A stretch of DNA of 40,625 bases from Octopus bimaculoides. Taxonomy: Eukaryota. Location: NCBI RefSeq assembly GCF_001194135.2, contig NC_068987.1, forward strand, positions 87,414,027-87,454,651, given 5' to 3'. The translations under genes were made by a program, and so were the position numbers. Under the pieces are notes generated by a model. It was not told the origin of the DNA. It ran no database searches and saw only the letters and a list, made by a program, of their open reading frames with translations. Below, one piece after another: positions 34,614 through 40,625 of the stretch (position 1 is the stretch's first letter; every line of letters begins with the position of its first letter).

Positions 34614-35565
34614 TTTGTCTTTTATTCTCTTTCTGGTAGTTTTTTTTCTGAATTTAATGGCAGACTAAAGCTTTATATCGATCGATGTTTCTGTTGGTAT
34701 TAATTTATTCGAAGGCAGCGGTTGGCCAGATTGACAGGATGGTGCGGACAGCAAGTTTTGCGGTAGTATTATGGTTCGAATCTCACCATGTCTGATGTCT
34801 CCCTCTTTTTCTTTCTAACCGCGATAAAAATATTACCAATGTTATAAATGGGTTGTTGCGACATATCCCCTCCTTGACATATTTTGCAACAAACCACCCT
34901 GTGCTTACAATATATATATATATATATATTATCAAAGCTGCACCCTGAAGACGGAGGTTGGATTTACTTTCTGTTTATAAGCTTCCACTACTGGTTGCAT
35001 ATCTTCGACGTTTTGCGAACTACATCTGCAAACATCATGACGTACTTCTGAAGCTCCAGAAACAGCTGTCGGGTCTCTAATACCATACCTTCTCCCCTTA
35101 ATTGTTGTGTCTTTCTACTTTGTGTAAGCCTGCTCTGTTGATATATAAATATGTATATATTTANNNNNNNNNNNNNNNNNNNNNNNNNNNNNNNNNNNNN
35201 NNNNNNNNNNNNNNNNNNNNNNNNNNNNNNNNNNNNNNNNNNNNNNNNNNNNNNNNNNNNNNNNNNNNNNNNNNNNNNNNNNNNNNNNNNNNNNNNNNNN
35301 NNNNNNNNNNNNNNNNNNNNNNNNNNNNNNNNNNNNNNNNNNNNNNNNNNNNNNNNNNNNNNNNNNNNNNNNNNNNNNNNNNNNNNNNNNNNNNNNNNNN
35401 NNNNNNNNNNNNNNNNNNNNNNNNNNNNNNNNNNNNNNNNNNNNNNNNNNNNNNNNNNNNNNNNNNNNNNNNNNNNNNNNNNNNNNNNNNNNNNNNNNNN
35501 NNNNNNNNNNNNNNNNNNNNNNNNNNNNNNNNNNNNNNNNNNNNNNNNNNNATATACTTTTATTT

Positions 35566-35702
35566 TTTTTACTTGTTTTAGTTATTTCGATTGCGGCCAT
35601 GCTGGAGCACTGCCTTTAGGCGAACAATAAGTCGAACAGGACTTATTTTTGAAAGCCTAATATTCTATCGGATCCTTTTGCCGAACTGCTAAGTTTCGTG
35701 GA
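35566..35702 (-). mobile_element. SINE family A 3' half
   Basis: ttacttgttt..gattgcggccatgctggagcactgcctttag..ttctatcgg..ttgccgaactgctaagtt. Confidence 0.8.
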
Positions 35703-36030
35703 CGCAACTTATCGAGATAGAGTTAGAAACGATGAGGTGATGAGAAGAGCTGGGATGGGAGTTTTGCAGGCCCATGGTGACTAAACTGCAGATACGCTTT
35801 ACTAGTCACGTGCTTTGATTATCACAGGACAGACATGTTACCATTGTGATAGAGCGGGACACCGAAAGGAGGAAAACGACAATGTAGGATACTAAGGAAG
35901 ACGTGGTGCACTGCATTTTGGGATGGTATAATGGTGACTGGAATAAGCCTGAGTGGGGCTATGTGGGGAAGCGAGCTATCGAGATGCTTGGAGAAGGCTC
36001 CTCACCCGATGTGCTGACGGTGGCATCTTG
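35703..36030 (+). mobile_element. RTE-like LINE 3' fragment
   Basis: TYRDRVRNDEVMRRAGM..MVTKLQIRFTSHVL*LSQDRH..RDAWRRLLTRC resembles WRDRVRNEEVLRRAG..RLRFAGHVLR..RWRxLxARC. Confidence 0.7.
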
Positions 36031-36705
36031 ACTTTGAGCTTCTGGTCTAGTGTCGCTTCCACTCAGTCCGTGTCACAGGTCTTAGCCATGAGTATATTCC
36101 GTTGTGTTAAGGGCTATACACATTATCAATCTAATTTTAAATTATATTAGTAAAAAACTCTATTTCGTGTGATACTCGCTTACAGGTCGTAAAATCTGAA
36201 CTTGCAAAAGCAAAACATTTTGAGTATGGGCACAGCACACTGCTGTAGAGAGGTGGTGGTAAATTATTTAGAATTTCACAACCATTAAGAAGTTAAAAAT
36301 TACACATAGACGAAAAAAAAAAAAAATTCTCTGTTAAAACCACAATATTGAAGAAAATGTTTCGCTCTCAGACACATAGCATAAAAATGTAAATTCCACA
36401 TTCCTGACGGCTACTGAACTTGTCTAACTCGCCACAAAATTCTATTGATTAATTGTGGTTGCAAAGAGATTCAAAAGTCTTTTATATTCGAATTTTAGTC
36501 CGTATCCATGTTCAGAACAAAATTATTTTATTCAGCTGATGGTATACAACGTTATACTGAAATATCGACTTTGCTGCATCTCTAGTCGTCCATGCTTTAC
36601 GGAAGCCCCGAGTGACACCATACATCATTGTCAAATACTTCTGTATTCTACAGCCCTGTTTTAATGTCTTTTAGTGCTTTTCCTTCTGTTTGTTACTACA
36701 AGCAT

Positions 36706-36875
36706 ATACTCTTTACTCTTTTACTCTTTTACTCTTTTACTTGTTTCAGTCATTTGACTGTGGCCATGCTGGGGCACCGCCTTTAGTCGAGCAAATCAAC
36801 CACAGGACTTATTCTTTGTAAGCCTAGCACCTATTCTATCGGTCTCTTTTGCGGAACCACTATGTTACGGGGACA
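36706..36875 (-). mobile_element. SINE family A 3' half with (TACTCTTT)n tail
   Basis: ttacttgtttcagtcatttgactgtggccatgctggggcaccgcctttagtcgagcaaatc. Confidence 0.87.
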
Positions 36876-37871
36876 TATTTACGAAAAATTCGGGAAAAAG
36901 TCATTCGGTGGTGTGGCCCTGGTTTGGAATTTCAGGGCTTTTGAGGAGTGTGGAAGTGCCTCTTAGCCACTATTGTTCCTTGGTCTAATCTGACCGCGAG
37001 CAGTAGCTCCTATCAGGATCCCAGCTCTGGGTTAATTAACATGTCATGAGATTGTCTCTGGAAGATGGTCATTCACAGACACACCAAAGGAACCAGGACA
37101 GATGAAGCTCTTCAGCCTTTTAGATACACATCTAAGAGAAGGTAACTCCATACAAATCCTGCATCATGATAGTTTCTCGGTTCGTGACACTTGTCATAGC
37201 AAACCAATACAAGTTTGAGAGACAAAAGAGTGGGACTGGCTTTGCATAAAATCTTACCCATTATAATGATATTCGTAGTACAGGTTGTTCAGTAAACCAA
37301 GACACCAGCACCGACAGCGTCACATTTTCTTCATGAGACCAGTGGTGACAGTTGTGATAGGGAAAGAGACAGTGGTGGTGGTGCTGGGGGAGGGCGAGAA
37401 GGACAGGTAGCAGATGCTACTGGAAGTCGTGAACTCTTGACTCTGCACAGGCGGCCATAGGGTGAATGTTTATTTCAGGTGTTTCTTCGAAGCGACGGGA
37501 GGAGTCACCACCGTTTCGTTTATTTTCACTGTTTCGTTTTCCTGTCGTATTTTCTGTTTGCCACTTAATTCCTCCGCATCACAAATTTCATTTAATTTGC
37601 TGTGGCGGGAAGAGCTATTCTAACAATGCGTCCTGCCCTAACTCTTCNNNNNNNNNNNNNTTCGAAACACTTAGTTTAGAATAGGGGCAACTGATGAAGG
37701 AAATGTTCTCTATGTGGCTTGTTCGTTTTCCGTGCTTTGTTTATGTTCTGTTTTTCATTTTGTCCACATTTTTTTGTGACGTCCTGTACCCAGATATGTA
37801 TTTATATATACATGTAGATGTAGGTATGTACATACTTCTACGTATATATGCATATACTCACATATTATTTG

Positions 37872-37954
<83 letters not shown>

Positions 37955-40069
37955 TTAATAATACAAGTTGATGGTTCGTATTATGACATCCCTTGTTCAA
38001 TATTTCAAGGTTAGGACCTACTTTTCTGGAATTTTATCTTCTCTCCGTAAATTTCTTGAAGAAGGGGCCTAACCCTGAAATACCCAAACCCCTGGTAATA
38101 ATACTAATCATCGACCTGGATTATTCATTTTAATTAACTTGCCTTGTTTTGGCTTTTAAATAATATTTGATACACACACACACAAACACACACATCAGAC
38201 AATACTTCGTGCAAACTACATTACTATACATATATAAGGTCTTTTGTAGAATGTAACTCAATAGTTTAAAAGAAAGGCGTCACTGGTTACTTAAATCTGG
38301 ATATGTAATTAAAAAACAAAAAAAACTAGCCACATAATTGCATTTGGGTAGTGTAGTCCTTTCCGGTCGTTTCCCATACAAACGAAAAATTGGTTTTAAA
38401 ATCTGATTTCGTACTAGCTGTATTCATTTATATATTTTAGGCTTCAATTGTGTGTCTTGAATCAGTTTATGTTTGCTAGACAGAATTTTGTATTATTTAT
38501 GATTTGTGTGTTTCATATAGATATTTCTCATCTCTCGCCAAGCATACATCAGTGAAATATTTAGGAAAATCTCGTTTGAGTTCAGAAGAATTTTCGATGT
38601 GACGATAAGCTATTTTTTCTCGACATCAAAATCACGGGAGATCAGATTGTGATAACTTGCTAAGAGGGCTTCAAAAAAGGTTTGAAGCTATTATGTATAC
38701 CAGACTTTCATATTTTACTGTATGACTAAAAGTTTTATAGCTATAATTATACTACCGTACATATTTAATAGTGTACACAAACATATCCGAACAAATGCGT
38801 GTGGTGTGTGTCTATAAATGTATATACAGATATATATTTTGCTCCGTATTTTCTTTCCTCACTCCTCTTGCTTGTGTGTGGGTATGTATGTGTATGTATA
38901 TGCGTATGCAACTTCATGTATGTGTGTAGGCGTGGGTATAAATATAAACATAAATATACAGTGAATAGAATAAATATATAAATGCATAAATATATAATGT
39001 ATACAATAAATATATAAAATATATGAATATATAAATTTATAGTGTATATAATAAATATATAAATATGTAATGTATATGATAAATATAGATGCATGAATAT
39101 ATAAATTTATAGTGTATATAATACATATATTATATAATACACATACATATCAATGTGTATGTATCAATCTGTCTGCTTAGATATCGATATCACACACACA
39201 CACACACACACACACGTTATATGCATATATATTTGCGTGTGTGTGTATATACGCGTGTATGCGTTTCTGTATAAGTGTGTATATAAGACTTAGACGCCAG
39301 ACGTCCCTCTTCATAAGAAGCAATTCCAAACATAAAAAAAGAAAAGAGCAAAAGAAACGATAAAGAAACATCCGTATTATGTTCATCTCCAAAGAATGGC
39401 GCTTCTTAAGAAAAAAATTTTCAATGAATACGAGCTTTTGTGCTGTTTTCTATTTGTATTTTATTTCTAGAAAACTTTTGGTAATGTAGGCAATTGTTTT
39501 TAATATTCTGACTCTTGCCTATAAGTTAGTGAACTTGGAATTTAAGACAAAATGGTGGGTACCACCGAATCAATAGAACAACCATGCATGTCTTTGTATA
39601 GCGAAGAAATAAAAAAAATACCCAGCAAAGTTTTGTGTCACTTATGTGAACTTTTAAGATCGAAATCTGAATTAGTTTTATCTATAGTTTTTGTTGTATG
39701 TTTTTGTTGTTTTCTCTATTCAACGCGTTCTTTTATTCGAACACATGTTAATAATAGTAAGAAGAAGAAGAAAAACAACATTGCAGCAAAATGAAAACAA
39801 ACACAGCAACAACAACAACAATAGCGAAAAATAAATAAACAAGAACATAGAAACGTTTCTCTATGTTGAAAACCAAATTCTTCCATAGACATAACTCGAT
39901 CTCAGCCGTTGTCTGCCTTTATTTATTATTTTTTTTTTCTGTGAAGAATAATAATGTTTCCAATACCAAAAACACAACAATAAAAGCAAAGACTGCAGCA
40001 GCAGTCATCAGAAATAAGCAGTTGTAGATGCAGGAGTCGCATCAGTAATACTGTGACCTCTCCACCATG

Positions 40070-40265
40070 GCCATCATTTGGCAGAATCGGTAGCGCGTTG
40101 GACAAAATGCTTAGCGGCGTTTCTTTCGGCTCTTCACGTTCTGAGTTCAATTTCCGACTTTGACTTTCATCCCTTTCAGGTTAATAAAATAAAATACCAG
40201 TCCCGTACTGGGTTTGATGTAACCGACTTGACCCCCTCCCCTCAAAATTGCCGGCCTTGTTTTTA
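40070..40265 (+). mobile_element. SINE family B (tail 2), diverged
   Basis: tggcagaatcggtagc..aaatgcttagcgg..ttctgagttcaat..ctttcatccctttc..ccccctcccctcaaaattgccggccttg. Confidence 0.85.
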
Positions 40266-40398
40266 AATTTGAAACTATTTCTAAGTACGACAATCTCCAC
40301 CAACGCCACTGTATCCGCCACCACCAACGTAAGCACAGCGGTAACTACAACCTCAACCACAATCGTCCCAGCAACTCTGACTATTATCACGAATACCG

Positions 40399-40625
<227 letters not shown>

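Noticed and set aside
36880-37470. GC-richer segments resembling LINE UTR or ORF1 relics
   Set aside because: Probably repeats, but no diagnostic motif supports a family call.
37680-37720. CTGATGA motif as a hammerhead
   Set aside because: No stem II followed by GAAA downstream.
39020-39125. ~31-nt direct repeat atgaatatataaatttatagtgtatataata
   Set aside because: Lies in AT-rich low-complexity sequence and is explained by ordinary slippage duplication.

Overview
Eukaryotic, AT-rich, repeat-dominated genomic DNA with 12 N gaps (673-1255, 2236-3035, 5375-5651, 9728-10044, 13026-13613, 14542-14830, 15732-15830, 22278-22387, 26583-26881, 33099-33538, 35164-35550, 37648-37660). The tRNA-derived SINE families and dense microsatellites resemble an octopod cephalopod draft genome (inference from recalled repeat families, no search run). 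No intact protein-coding gene is supported: the long ORFs are N-run or microsatellite artefacts, or decayed transposon ORFs. Recognisable content: about 20 SINE copies of at least 4 families, decayed LINEs (CR1/L2-like, two R4/Dong-like, Tx1/L1-like, two RTE-like), Helitron fragments including a 3' terminus, a hAT MITE with TIRs and TSD, and a tRNA-iMet-derived pseudogene. The most interesting items are: (1) a tRNA-headed, Penelope-like non-autonomous element carrying a minimal type I hammerhead ribozyme, found twice as an inverted pair; (2) a second hammerhead-like family with a variant core; (3) an unexplained degenerate ~29-nt tandem array at 28400-28920; (4) a SINE 3' tail shared with the Tx1-like LINE. 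Boundaries are read by eye and are approximate unless a TSD or TIR is given.
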